DNA of 64,000 nt. Source: Octopus vulgaris (lineage: Eukaryota). A program made the position numbers and the translations under genes. Under the pieces are notes generated by a model. The model made no database searches. It worked only from the letters and a program-made list of their open reading frames with translations, and had not been told where the DNA came from. This document shows, piece by piece, positions 12,487 to 25,019 of the stretch. How positions within the stretch are numbered: position 1 is the stretch's first letter; each line of letters starts with the position of its first letter. The stretch covers positions 39,742,001 to 39,806,000 of the forward strand of contig OX597826.1 of assembly GCA_951406725.2 (NCBI GenBank), written 5' to 3'.

Positions 12487-12970
12487 ATGAGGATACAAAT
12501 AAACCTTCTTTTCAATAATAATACTAATATCAATAATTATTCTCCTAGTAGTAATTGTAGAATCAAGTCCCACTGTCCAGTATCTGGTCGGTATCAAAAC
12601 GTAATATACAAATGTACAGCAGTGACTTCAACTTATAATTTTATTTATTTCGGTTGCTCTGTAAATTTGAAAAACAAACGTATATATAATCACCGATCGT
12701 CCTTCAAACTTAAACATAAAGCAACTTGCACCACATTATCCAATAAAATTTGGGAATTAAAAGAAAATAGAATTAGATTTAGCCTTAAATGGGACAGAGT
12801 AAGGAAAGTGCAACCTTATAAAAATAGTAGATATGGGTGTGAGCTCTGCTCCATGGAGATTTAGGAAATTTTTAAACATAAGGATAATGTAAACCTATTA
12901 AATAACCGTTTAGAACTAGGAGCATCGTGTATACATAGTACTACCCGCACCTTTACATATTTTAGAAAAT
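12487..12970 (+). mobile_element. Penelope-like element GIY-YIG endonuclease remnant
   Basis: CPVSG..NVIYKC..FIYFGCS..KRIYNHRSSF..TTLSNKIWELKE..LKW..VQPY..CELC, then an in-frame stop and LLNNRLEL..CIH. Confidence 0.8.
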
Positions 12971-13311
12971 AACATTTTATTATTTCTGAATTTTTAAATC
13001 TTAATTTTTACCTCTTAGTTTTTAAAAATCAATAAAGAAATAGCATACCCTACCATATTTATTTAGTCAATACTAGGTATTAAAAATTTAATAACGTAGA
13101 AAAATTGAATATTTTTTTTAATTTCTAAAATTATTACATACATTCTATATATCTATTGAATTTACTAGGTTGTATACTTAGTCCACAATAATTTTGAGGA
13201 TTTAGCAATTTTCAGATCTATTTCTATGATGGTTCTACTCTACCTAATATTTTTTACTATTCTATAAATACCTTTATAGAAGCCTAAATTGTTGTACCCC
13301 ATATAGCCATA

Positions 13312-13642
13312 AAGACCCCCTTCGGTCATAAATGACCATGGGATTCCACCTAGAAAGTTACCCTCCTAGACACGAGTCCGGGCAAGGTTGTTTATGGAAG
13401 ACCAGCAGTCGCCCATGCATACCAGCCTCCCCTCTCCACGCCACCAGTGTTATCCAAGGGAAAGACAAAGGTCGATACAGCTTGGCACCAGTGACGTCGC
13501 AACTCATTTCTACAGCTGAGTGAACTGGAGCAACGTGAAATAAAGTGCCTTGCTCAAGAACACAACACGCAGCCCGGTCCGGGATTCGAGCTCACAACCT
13601 CACGATCGTAAGCTCGACGCTCTAACCACTGAGCCATGCGCC
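13312..13642 (-). mobile_element. Full-length tRNA-derived CORE-type SINE (family C) with 12-bp TSD
   Basis: A box TGGCTCAGTGG, B-box-like GCTCGAATCCC, CORE-like gttcttgagcaaggcacttt. TSD catatagccata at 13300-13311 and 13643-13654. Paralogue at 43949-44290. Confidence 0.9.
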
Positions 13643-13729
13643 CATATAGCCATACTTAACTTATAATATACAGTATAGGATCTTCAAAAAATATTTCTGT
13701 TTCTCTTTATTTCATTTTCTTTTTCTTTG

Positions 13730-14545
13730 CATTTTCGGTTACCTCCCTTCCATTGAAGTCAAAGAATTTTGGTATGCAAGTCAATAGTAGTATCCTGCCT
13801 GCTAAAAATCTCATTCTAAATAATCTTCTAAATTACCCTATTTAATATTTTATAACCTTTTCCAGCAAGATAATATTGCTTAAAAAGTTTTTTTGAGAAA
13901 TTACTTGATTTCTCTTTCTCTCAAATAGCTCTACCCTCGTGATCTTAGTATGTATAAGGGAGCTTTATATAAATAGTAGTTTATAAGTATCAATTAGAAA
14001 ATATAAATTATCATGTTGGGCTTAACAATAGCAATTTCTTAAACCTATAACAAAACCCGTAATTTTATAGAAAGATTTGTTGATAATAAAATTTTTGTGC
14101 AATAACTTAATTATTTCTTTGCCCTACATTAAACATTAGTCATTTATAGATATTCTCATGACAAGTAAATATAATTTTTAGTCTAAAATTTAGAATTATA
14201 AATTCTTTCTAACAAATTACCTTACTTATTGATGTAAATAAGCTAAATATACCTTACAATTGTTTTTGGAATATAAATCTTTTTAGCCCTTGTCTATAAT
14301 ATTCTACGAAAAATTATATTTTTATTTTATTTTTATTTCTTTATTTTACTTTAAAACTAATCTTATATCTATTTATTTACTATGTCATATAAATTTCATA
14401 CTCAGCTTATATAAAACTATGCTAGTATATTCACCGTTTAAATGTTTGACAACTCAGCACCGTCCATTGGACGGGGGGCATTTTGCTCGTACCATACTAA
14501 ATTCTGGTGCCTTTAACTTAAGTACCACATTCATCCGAATCTCTC
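13730..14545 (-). mobile_element. Highly decayed Penelope-like RT fragment and terminal sequence
   Basis: Minus strand shows frameshifted traces resembling DIxSLYTNI and FFDFNG. 14490-14545 is the reverse complement of the PLE end at 50755-50812. Confidence 0.4.
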
Positions 14546-14556
14546 TCTCCCTCTCT

Positions 14557-14624
<68 letters not shown>

Positions 14625-16199
14625 GTGAAAGAGAGATAAGGAGAGAAAGATGGAGAGAAAGAGAGAGAGGGCTGTTGAGAGAGAGAGATAAAATGAGAAG
14701 TGTGTGCGGGTGTGGGAAATACGAAAGAATTAAATGGAGAAACAGATATCTATGTATTTGAGTGTACTCACGTTCATCTATACAGATAAATAGATTATAA
14801 ATATTTAAATATGCACAAATATGCCCATTCGAGGGATCATACGTGTATACATACTCTCATTGATATATGAAATACGTGTGATAGTGCGGATGTGTGTAAA
14901 TATATGGGTGTGTCTTCAAGCGTGAAGATTTTCCCTAGAATTGATTTCATCTATAAATGATATTTTGAATGCAAGGCAATATTCATGATACAAATGCTAA
15001 CATCTCTTTCACTACATGGCCGCTCAACTGCTAAGCTAGATATAGAAAACTTCCAATTTCTCTGCATTCGTCCATATAAAAAAATTTCACTTCAGTGTTT
15101 ATAACACGAGTAAAATCACGATACACCATTGTTCATATGCCTTAAGACTAAATAAAGCGAATCGAAAAGGAAGCATTAATGTGTGTGCGTAGAAGCAACA
15201 CGAAATAAAATTATTTCTCTTTTAATGAAAACAGCAAGTGATGTATCATTCATGTAATTATTCAATAATGTTTCGGTAAAGCTCTTTGATATATAGTCCT
15301 ACATTTTTAGGAAAGCAAAAGAACTGGAACTACAACATCACTAAGGCAATTACAACCTGTATATCAAAAATTATAACAATTACAATAATGATTTTAAATT
15401 TTGGCAGAAGGCCAGCAAGTTCAAGGGAGGGATAAGTCGTTTAGATCGACCCCAGCTCTTAATTCATATTTATTTTATCGACTCTGAAAGGTAAAGTCGA
15501 CTTCAACAGAATTTGAACTCGGAACAGTAAGACAGAATAAATGCTGCTAATCCCTAATCGCAATGTTTAATAATCCTTTCTATTATACGCAAAAGGTTTG
15601 AAATTTTGTATAAGTCGATTACATCGAAACCAGTGTTGAACTGTTGCTTGTTTCGTCGACCCGGAAAGGATAAGAAGCAAAGTAGATCTCAGCGGAATTT
15701 AAACTCAGAACGTAAAGACGGACTAAATCTCGCAAAGCATTATGCCCACTGTGTTAACGATTTTTGCAGCTCACCGCCATCACTAGGGTCGATGTAATAG
15801 ATTCACACCTTCCCCGAAATTGCTTACCAGATGCCAAATTTTGAAATCAATAATAATAACAATAGTTTATTTGTTGTAAGTTTCTTCACATAAATATTAA
15901 TAATTCTCTATTTGTAGGTCTCATGGAAACGTGTGTAGAAGGAGAATCGAAAGCCATATAAAAACAAGATGAAGGTAAAGACGATAAACAGTAAACATAT
16001 TAAAAATTGCATCTTAACTAAAACATGGAATATAAAATTATATTACACAAAATTTTAGCCACGTGATATAGGTTATAGCATGTAACAGTTTCAGTGCTTA
16101 CCACTAATCTGATACTCATCCATTACCATATTTTTAAAAATATTGTAGTTAAGGTAATTCCCCATTCTAGATGTCTGTGATCACTTTTGGGATCGGAGA

Positions 16200-16870
16200 A
16201 GTAACCAATAAAACTACATCCTAGTCATGATTTACTTAACCTCCTTATTAGTCTCTTTGAAGACTTTTATTAGTAATTTATCTTTTGCAATGTACACATA
16301 ATTAAGAGCCTCTATCTTTTCGAAAATCTGGTCGTGAAGGTCGTATACATGCTTAATATCTAGTATCATGTTTTTATGAGTTGCAAAATCTGTGAAATTC
16401 AGTGCGATGTGTGTCTGGGAGAGAGAAGCATGTTTGGGACAGCGGCCTTGACAGTTTGCCGCGACTATTGGACAGAGACACAGATTACTGCGAAAAACCC
16501 ATGTCAGCTGATGAAGTGGACGGCGTGCAGAGCAACTGTTTTGAACACAAATACTCAGGATTAGATGAACAGCCATGTGAAATGTATTTTCAGATGCCAG
16601 ACTTATTCGTACATCTCTTAGCAGCTGTGAATTGCAAACGTCTCCCTTTCATCGCGAAAAAAACTTTCTACCACTTCAAGCTACATTTGTTTCGCGATAA
16701 ATTTCAAAACTCAAACTTCAGAACACTCTCCAGAACTGACAACAACTGCAGAAAAGGAACAGCTGAATTATTTACAAGCTAAGAAACTACGAAAGGTGTA
16801 GGGCAGAGTCGATGCTGCAGAAAAGATAACTGCGCAATGCCATAAGTAAAGGAGTTCATACCACTGAAAA
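16200..16870 (+). mobile_element. Possible decayed DNA transposase fragment (hAT-like)
   Basis: Complex, GC-richer segment with overlapping broken ORFs (..PDLFVHL..VNCKRL..FKLHLFRDKFQNSNF..) weakly resembling hAT/Buster transposases. Confidence 0.3.
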
Positions 16871-16920
16871 TCCTCCATTTACTATTGTAATATATATATA
16901 TATATATATATTCATATATT

Positions 16921-17280
16921 CTTTTACTTGTTTCAGTCATTTGATTGCGGTCATGCTGGAGCACTGCCTTTTAATCGAAGAAATCGAGTCTAGAACTTAT
17001 TCTTTGTAAACCTTGTGCTTATTTGATCAGTCTCTTTTGTCGAACTGGTAAGATACGGGGACGTAAACGTACCAACATCGGCTGTCAAGCGATGGTGGGG
17101 ATACAAACAGATACAAATACATACATACATATATATATATATATATCCTTAAATCCTTAAAAATGTTTTAGCCCGAAGGCCGCGGCCATGCTGTATATAC
17201 AGATACAACGGGCTTCTTTCAGTTTCCTTCTACCAAATCCACTCACAAGGCTTTGGTCGGCCCGAGGCTATAGTAGAAGC
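16921..17280 (-). mobile_element. SINE family A copy
   Basis: Reverse complement of the element at 31736-32180 (ccgaccaaagccttgtgagtggattt..actgaaagaagccc..gtgctccagcatgaccgca..aaatgactgaaacaagtaaaaga). Confidence 0.8.
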
Positions 17281-18099
17281 AAATTAGTCAGTACTTCTCA
17301 AGTTCAACCATCAGTTGCATAGCTGAAAGTAGTAGTAGTTTTTGTTGCTTCTGGTACATGTTCTGACCCTATGTTGACTTTGCAGAGTAGCTCCACCGAT
17401 TCTATCTCTATATTAAAAGCAGTACGATCGTTCACTTGCCGGAGAAAATGCTTAGTGGGTGTTCGTCTGACTTTACCTTCTGATGTCAAATTTCGCCGAG
17501 GTCGACTTTGCTTTTCAATCTGTCGGGGGTCGCTGAAGTACCAGTTTAGTACTGTTGTCAATGTGATCGACTAGACCCCTTCCAACAATGGCATGCCTTG
17601 TGCCTATACTAGAAGGGATTCTTTTCTTATTAATTGTGTATCGAAAGAGAGGGCGCTTGTTCGTGGTTTGTAAGTTTCCTTTGAAATTCTTTGTCATAAT
17701 TTGGTATTCGAATTTTTGTTGGGCACGTTACTGATTATACCAATTCGCTTTACATACAGGAAGCTGATTAGGCTAGGATTTCATTCATTAACAGAAAAGT
17801 TCATCCATTAACAGAGAATTTTAAGATTTAAAATTTGATATTTCAAAACAAAAATAACAATTTGGTTTCCTATGCTAGTGACAGCTTTTGGAACAGCCAC
17901 CATGGCATTATTTTCACACCACTGATTGATATGCTTGAGAGACGAATCACAAACCGTAGCAACAAAAGCAGCAACAGAGGCAGCAACAGCAGTGATTATC
18001 AGGATAACATTTAAAATGGCACAAGCACCAGCGCCCTCACCTGCTTTTATGTATACTTAAATATATTTGTTTTCCGAAATAGATTGTGCTCTGTTTGAG

Positions 18100-18178
18100 G
18101 CTCTGATGAAATTGTAAGGTGTTACTCAGGCATTCATCTATGTATCCACTGCATTTTATAATGGAAATAGCTGCAAGC
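18100..18178 (+). ncRNA. Degenerate type I hammerhead ribozyme
   Basis: GCT-CTGATGA-aATTGTAAGGTG..CATTTTATAATg-GAAA tagct GCA-AGC. Stem II is 11 bp; the cleavage triplet is GCA rather than GUH. Confidence 0.55.
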
Positions 18179-18630
18179 GTTTGAAGTTCATAAATTAATC
18201 GTTATTCCTTTGTCATCTCTTTCCTTATATATATATATATATAGTTTACTGTTTCCTTAAGTTAAGATAAACAAAAAAAAGTACTTCATTCGATGAGAGA
18301 TAAATATTACTTAGTGTACACAGCATATGGCTATGAACTACAAAGAGTTTCATACATTGGAAATGTTTTCTTCGCTGGTTTTAATAACACTTACAGTGTC
18401 TCGAAGCAATCTCTGAGCTCTGAGCACATATACCTTATACATGTTACAAGTGAGGACTATAGAACAAGAGGAATCATGAGAAAAAATGAGAGGAAGGTGG
18501 ATAAAATATTTGGAAGGGTGAAAAAAAACCCGGAAAAAATAAAGAAAAGAAAGAAAAATAAAGAAAAAAGAAAGAGATTTAGGTCTTTGTCCACTTTGGT
18601 CGTAAAGTCATAAAGTCAGTTGGTGTAGAA

Positions 18631-18850
18631 TCAACGTCTGCGATAGAGTTGCTCAATCCAAAGAGGGTAGTGGTCTCCAATACGCCAATGTCTGCATTTG
18701 CTGAAACTTTTAGATCTAGAATTCAACAGAGCGGTGGAGTTCTTAGATCCTAAAAGGATATGCAATCTTCTAGCTACGCATAACTTGCATGTTTTAGATT
18801 CATTAACATATGACATGATTTTTCTACGATTTTCCACTTGTATGTGCATA
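18631..18850 (-). mobile_element. Penelope-like GIY-YIG C-terminal remnant
   Basis: SYVNESKTCKLCVARRLHIL..LLNSRSKSFSKCRH matches the CxxC..LN.R.E..S.CRH C-terminal pattern also seen at 12.8k, 49.4k and 63.3k. Confidence 0.7.
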
Positions 18851-18984
18851 TTAAAAATGCTTATCCCTCAGCTGATGCATTACTTCTTAATTGATCATAC
18901 CTTTACGGAAAAGTAAACCGTATACACATATATACCGGTATACGTACATGCACGCACACACACACACAAACATACATATATATA

Positions 18985-20245
18985 GTTGGGTTTTACAAAA
19001 TAACAAAAGTCGAAGCCAGTTATATAAACAACAAACAGGTGTATTAGCGTAATGCTCTGGGAGGTGAGAAAGTCTTTTACGTTTCGAGCCTATGCTCTTC
19101 AACAGAAAGGAACACGAGAAAATAAACAGAGAGAATAAAAAGAAAGCTTTAGCGGCTAGCAGTCAGTTATAGCGGCTGGCTGGACGGAGTTGGTCAGACG
19201 TGAAAGCTAGGAAGAAGGGGAGATAATAAAGTAGATGTGATCCCAATACGAAGGTGCGCGTGTGTCTGCATGTGAGTGTGTAAGTGTGTGCGTGTGGATA
19301 GGGGCTGGTGACCTTGACGTGTGGCTGTGTGCATGTGTAGGTATATGCGTCTGTAACGTGTGGGTGTGTGGATGATAGTGTGTGTGCTGGGAAGTGGTCA
19401 GTGCTAGTGTGTGCGGGGTGGTGTGATGTGGTTTGATGTGGTGTGATGTTGTGTGGTACGGCATGATGTTGTGTGGTGGTGTGTGGTGTAGTGTGGGTGC
19501 TGGGAAATAGTCAATGCTAATGTGTGCGTTGTAATGCGATGTGGTGTGGTGGTGTTGTAATGTATGGTGTGTTGTGTGCTGTCTTGTGGTATTATGGTAT
19601 GATGGTGTGGTGTGGCATGATGTGGTGTTGTAGATTGATGGTGTGGCGTGGTGTTGATGGGGTGTGGAGTATGTGAGCGTGGGGTGGGGTTTTGGTGTGA
19701 GGATGTGAGTGTAGGGGTGGGGTATGTGGGAGTGGAGTACGTGAGGTTCGTTGGAGTTGGATCTGTGGGTGTGAGGTGGGGTGGTGGGATTTGGATTATC
19801 GGGATGATGGGGTTGGTATGTGTAGGGGTGTGGTGTGGATGAATGGGTAACGATGAAATGAGATGGTGGGTAGGAGTGAAGAGAGGAAGTAGGTGGGAGA
19901 TGAAGAGAGAAGAGAGGTGGGGAATCATATGAAGAGGGGAGGGAATTTGAAACCATGTCGCACAAAGGAGCGAAGAGAAGATTAATTCCTGTTCACGGCG
20001 AAAGCAGGAGTCCCGATGGCACCTGTTCAAAGACATTCCAAACACAGACAGGTGCTGTTATGAATGACAGGTAAAGCGGAATTGGCACGAGACCGGGGTG
20101 TCGTTGCCGAGTCTAATGTCTCGGACGTGTTCTGCGAACCGGTCAACAAACGGCATCCCGTTTGACCAATGTATAGTGAAAGGCAGAAAGATCAGGAGAC
20201 GCAGTAAATGACGTTGCTTAGAAGTTCGTGTAAAGGAGTCAGTGA
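18985..20245 (-). mobile_element. 5'-truncated Penelope-like element: GIY-YIG remnant, CA-rich low-complexity UTR and pseudo-LTR
   Basis: Minus strand 20245-19950 reads, with frameshifts, ITDSFT..SNVIYCVS*SFC..LYIGQTG..DRFAEHVRDIR..RREQELIF. pLTR with HHR-like motif at 18990-19175. (TA)n on both sides. Confidence 0.85.
19072..19110 (-). ncRNA. Hammerhead-ribozyme-like motif with atypical core
   Basis: Reverse complement: CTTT-CTGTTGAA-GAGC atag GCTC-GAAA cg TA-AAAG. Stem III is the palindrome ACGT. Confidence 0.55.
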
Positions 20246-21229
20246 TATATATATATATATATATTTATTTATCTAAATTTGTCTATATATTTAATATACC
20301 TGTATACGTATATAGACACGTATACACACATGCATATATATATATATATAAAAACAGTAATATCTGTCGTTCTGTTTGTCTGTTACCATCTTAGAGCCTA
20401 AATCAGCGAACCTATATTTATGAAACTTTGCATACATGTTACACTACCATTCAGTTCAATTACAGGATAATTGAATTTCAATAAAAATGTAGAATGTTCC
20501 CCCAGGGGCGTTGGGCGAATTATATGATAAAATGAGAAGGTTGCAAAACGTTTTAGCCTGAGGGAAAGGTAGTAGCAGAGAGAGGGTGACTTATATCAGT
20601 GAAAGCGAGAATAGCGGTGGCAATGGGATGTTAACGTTAGTAAAGCTGTCACATACACACGTCGTTGCATGCATACTTTAGATACTGCATAGATACAACA
20701 CATACACACACACAAACACCCACCCACATAATACCTATATATAATACGTACGTACATGCATATATCTACTATAAACCATTTTAAACTCGTGGTTACCTGT
20801 GTGTGCATTTGTAATTGTGAGTGCGTGTATGTGTGTGTGTGTGACATCCTATAATTGCCTGTCTCTCTTGCTGTGACATATTGTGAGATTTTAAAATTAT
20901 GTCAAAAATTTCAAATTTGGTATATTGAAATAAGTTTCCGATTTTGTTATTTATTTGTTCCTAACCTCCAGCTGAATTATAGGCAAATTGAATTTCAATG
21001 AAAATCTATAATGGGCCCCTGGGACGTGGCTTTAGCTCATGCTTACAAATCAGCTACGATAAGCTACGACATGCGACAACGCCAGCTACAATACGCGGAC
21101 TATTTGTCAATGTATTTGTAAATATCTCTATTTAATATATGTCACTCAAATGCACAGGGAATGGAACAGTGCCATGGTAAACGAGAACTGGAGATAACAC
21201 CCGCTTTTCCGGTATTACCGGTCAATTCA

Positions 21230-21770
21230 TTTATTTTACTCAGATGCATATTCATTTGTTAAAAGAACATAGGGACATTCGACTAATCGTATTAATAGTT
21301 TGAAATAATTCTTTCTTAGCAATAAACTATTACTATAAAGTCAGAATGCTGGCTCCATTTTTAAAGAATACGTGGTAATAAAGACAGCAAATGTAAATCC
21401 GACAAATTGTTGGGTGTGCAGTTTAGTAGTTTGAGAGGCAACTGCATGCCGTAGGAAAGTATCGTGGTTTACTATAAAGACGGACGAGGTCAAAAGGAAT
21501 CTAAATGAAGCTACGTGAATGGTGGCCAACATCATCCGCAAATGTGCTGATGGAATACCATCTCCTAGAGTTCGAACCGTGGCGGCGAATGCTTGCATCA
21601 TTTTTGTTATAATTTACTGCGTAACAGTAATGCATTACATCAGTCTCTTTCTGAGCCTATCAGAACTTCTACACTTCTGCTTGGTGTGGAATGGTCGTGT
21701 TCCATTAGACGGTACTACATATGCTTCGAGCGCAATCTGGAAAATGAGATTAGTGTATCGTGGTTTTTGA
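21230..21770 (-). mobile_element. Possible Tc1/mariner transposase remnant
   Basis: Minus strand has degenerate traces resembling the QxDxAxxH and WPPxSPDLNPxD motifs (TGGCCACCATTCACG..ATTCCTTTTGAC). Confidence 0.3.
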
Positions 21771-22875
21771 GATACAAACATGCACCTGTGGCTAGGTCAC
21801 CTGCGTCCTTGGAGAGTAAGCAGGGAGGGTGGTCTCTATTTGCAAGGTGCTCTGCAGCTCCTCACTTCGACCGAAACGGCACTGAGTCCTGTGTCAAGAA
21901 AAGACCAAGATTGGGAAACTAACCTCTAGAATGTCTCAATACTGCTGCACCCTCCAACAGTCAGGCAACGCGATCGGTGGAAATTCTGCGTTAGCAATAA
22001 CTCTAGGTGTCGATGAACACGAATTGGCTGTTCTGCTTTGGAGTGCTTTCGGGTTTTATGGATAACTATCAAAAGACACTTGACTTGACATACAACTTTT
22101 AGGTTTCAAGTCAATACTGAATTTTGAAATTTTGGACATTTGATCGATTACATTTTCTAATGTATTGATAAAACGGTGTCTGGCTAAACCATTAAACCAA
22201 CAGCAATTAAGATTATTAAATGATCAGAAAATTTGCTCATCTTTAGAGATTAAAATGGTTCAATATTTACATGTTAACTAGGTCCTTTATTTCTTGATGT
22301 ATATATGAAAAATTGATAATCTTAATTTATACCGTTCCTACATGCACGGCACAATGGTAAAGCCCATTATGTTTAGTTTTACGATAAAGTCCATTTGTTC
22401 GAATCCTGGTAAGCACTATGGACATAGGTAGTTAAGTTAAGGGTCGAAGATCATATAAATTGAAGTGTAGCATAAATGGAGATATTGGAAACTTATTTTC
22501 AAAGATCAAGTTAATAGTGAGAAACAAATCGGTGCTTCTCTTACGATATCATACTACTCATAATCAGTAAAATTTCAGTGTCACACCTACAAATAAGATT
22601 CTTCTCAACATGTACTTCTTCAATTGCTCTTTATTACCACAATTTCCCTTGCTTCTTCTCCCACTCTCTGTACCAGTATCTCATCAACTTTTCCGTATAA
22701 TCCATGGAAAGTGCGTATATCTTTACTCAATCGTATAATAGCATGATATCCTACTATTTAGAATTCTCAGCTGAATTTCTTGGCAATATTATTTAATATC
22801 TTATATTTCTTCTCTGCCAACCTACAACGTTTGCTCACTTAAAATAGTTTGTTTCTTACGCCTAACAAAATAAAT

Positions 22876-23028
22876 TCTTCTTCTTCTTCTTCTTCTTCTT
22901 CTTCTTCTTCTTCTTCTTCTTCTTCTTTTTCTTCTTCTTCTTCTTCCTCCTCCCCCTCCTTCTCCTCACCATCATCATCATCATCATCATTATTATTATT
23001 ATTATTATTATCATCATTATCATCATCA

Positions 23029-23103
<75 letters not shown>
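22876..23103. repeat. Compound (TTC)n/(TCA)n/(TTA)n microsatellite
   Basis: Directly visible. Similar compound tracts at 2487-2572, 3788-4013, 42100-42455 and 43030-43275. Confidence 0.95.
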
Positions 23104-23104
<1 letters not shown>

Positions 23105-23316
23105 GGCAACAATCTGGCAGAATCGTTAGCATGCTGGACGAAGTACTTAGCCGTATTTCACCCGTGGCTACATTCTAAGTGTTCAAATTTCACCGATTTC
23201 GACTTTCCCTTTACTCCTTTCGGAGTCGAGAAAATAAGTACCAGTTGAATACTGGTGTTGATGTAAGCGATACCTCTCCACATCCCCGAAGCTGCCCTTA
23301 TGGCAAAAAATTGAAA

Positions 23317-23383
<67 letters not shown>

Positions 23384-23384
23384 T

Positions 23385-24950
23385 TCATATACGCACAACA
23401 GATTAGACTGTTGGAAACGAAAAAAATTCCTAACTTCGGGTTACAGTAAGTAACCTTATATGCCAAAAATTCTCGTAAGTATTCTAGCTGTCCCTAACAA
23501 CACTGTTTTCTGGATCTGTACTAAACTGGGTATTATGCCTATTTCCTCTATCCATCTGTTCAAATATTTAGGGATAGTTCCCAATGCCCTTATAACTACT
23601 GGGATACATTTTACCTTCACGTTCCATAGTCTCTGTAATTCAATAGCTAGGTACTTTGCTATTGTTCTATACCTCTCATATTGACTTTTTCATAATTTGG
23701 GACTGTAAAGTCAATAATCTGGCTTTTTTTTATTCTCCGTATCCACTACTACTAAATCAAGGCTTCTAGTTTCTATTCAGTCTAAATGTTAAAGTCCCTG
23801 AACATCATGTATTTCTTACTTTCTAGCATTTTACTAGGTTTATGTTCATACCATTTATCAGTATGATCAAATCTTAGCTTCCAGTGGATTACTGTCCCCA
23901 GCTTGTCATGTCTTTTCTTGTATCTTTTGTGTACCAGCACGTTACATTCAATTATTATATGAGTAATACTTTCCTGTTTTGATTTGCATAACCTACATTG
24001 GGAATATACTTGGCTTTGTCTATCTTGGCTTTTATCCTGTTAGTCCTTAGTGTTTGGTCCTGTGCTGCTACTAACAAGCTCTCTGTCTCCCTTTTCAGCT
24101 TTCCTTTCTGCAATCATAATCATGTCTCACTACAACTATTTGCCGCAACTATTTTTGGGAATCTACCATGCAATGCCTTCTTCTGCCAGTCAAACAATTT
24201 CTTTCCTTTTCTTTTTTTTTTTTGGTTTATCACTTTGATTGAGTTTTTTGGTTTCCCTATTTCTTGCTGTGATTCCAGCAGTTTAAAAAAACTTTCTTCA
24301 CTTTTACCTACGTATGAGTTTATATCAACTCTAGCCAACTGCACGCATTCTTCTACTGATATCAACCCTCTCTCTTCCGCCTTCCTTTCTACTATGTAAG
24401 TATAATCTTGCGACTTCTGATCCTACATTCATAGTGAATTCACTCTAGTTCTTCTGTCAAGATTTGATAATTCAGTTTTTGTCCAATCTACAAATGCTGC
24501 TGAGTATGTTAGTAACGATACTGCCCAAGTATTTACAGCCTTCACTAGATCCGTGCCATTTAGCATTGACTTTATTAGCTTCCTCATCTTTCTGATGTAT
24601 TCCTCAATTTTCGTTTTCATTTCTATAGTTAGTACTCTGTCAGATTCTAATACACCTAAATACTTATAACTCTCCCCCCACTTTCAATGATTTTAATATC
24701 TGGCCCTCTGGTAATCGGATGCCTTCGCTGTTGGCTACCTGTTCCCGTCTCATGACTAATATTGCACACTTATCTATGCCGAATTCCATACCTATATCTT
24801 TGCTGAAGAGTCTTACAGTCTGTATTAAGGAATCCCTCTCTTTTTCATTCTTACTAAAAAGCTTCAGATGATTCATGTAGAGCAAATGGCTAATTTTCTC
24901 CCTTACTATTTCTGAACAGATACCCTGCCTTTGCCTCCCATAATACTAAA
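23385..24950 (-). mobile_element. Dong/R4-like non-LTR retrotransposon, 3' portion (RT, CCHC, restriction-like endonuclease), degenerate
   Basis: LLYMNHLKLFSKNE..IGMEFGIDKCA; KYLGVLES; AVNTWAVSLLTYSA; WQKKALHGRF; AAQDQTLRTN; CRLC..H; RHDK; QKTVLLGTARIL. The 3' end abuts (TAA)n at 23318-23382. Confidence 0.85.
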
Positions 24951-25019
24951 CTATGTGTGTGTGTGTGTGTGTGTGTGTGTTTGTTGTGGGGGGGAATCAA
25001 ATATAAGACAATTATTACA

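Noticed and set aside
19207-20045. Long His/Thr/Pro-rich ORFs (252 and 213 aa)
   Set aside because: They come from the low-complexity CA-rich UTR of a Penelope-like element. Only the first residues of the 213-aa ORF correspond to the GIY-YIG tail.
20192-20194. TGA at a Cys position of the GIY-YIG CxxC, as possible selenocysteine (reported for Naiad PLEs)
   Set aside because: The copy has other stops and frameshifts, TGC to TGA is a single substitution, and I recognised no SECIS.
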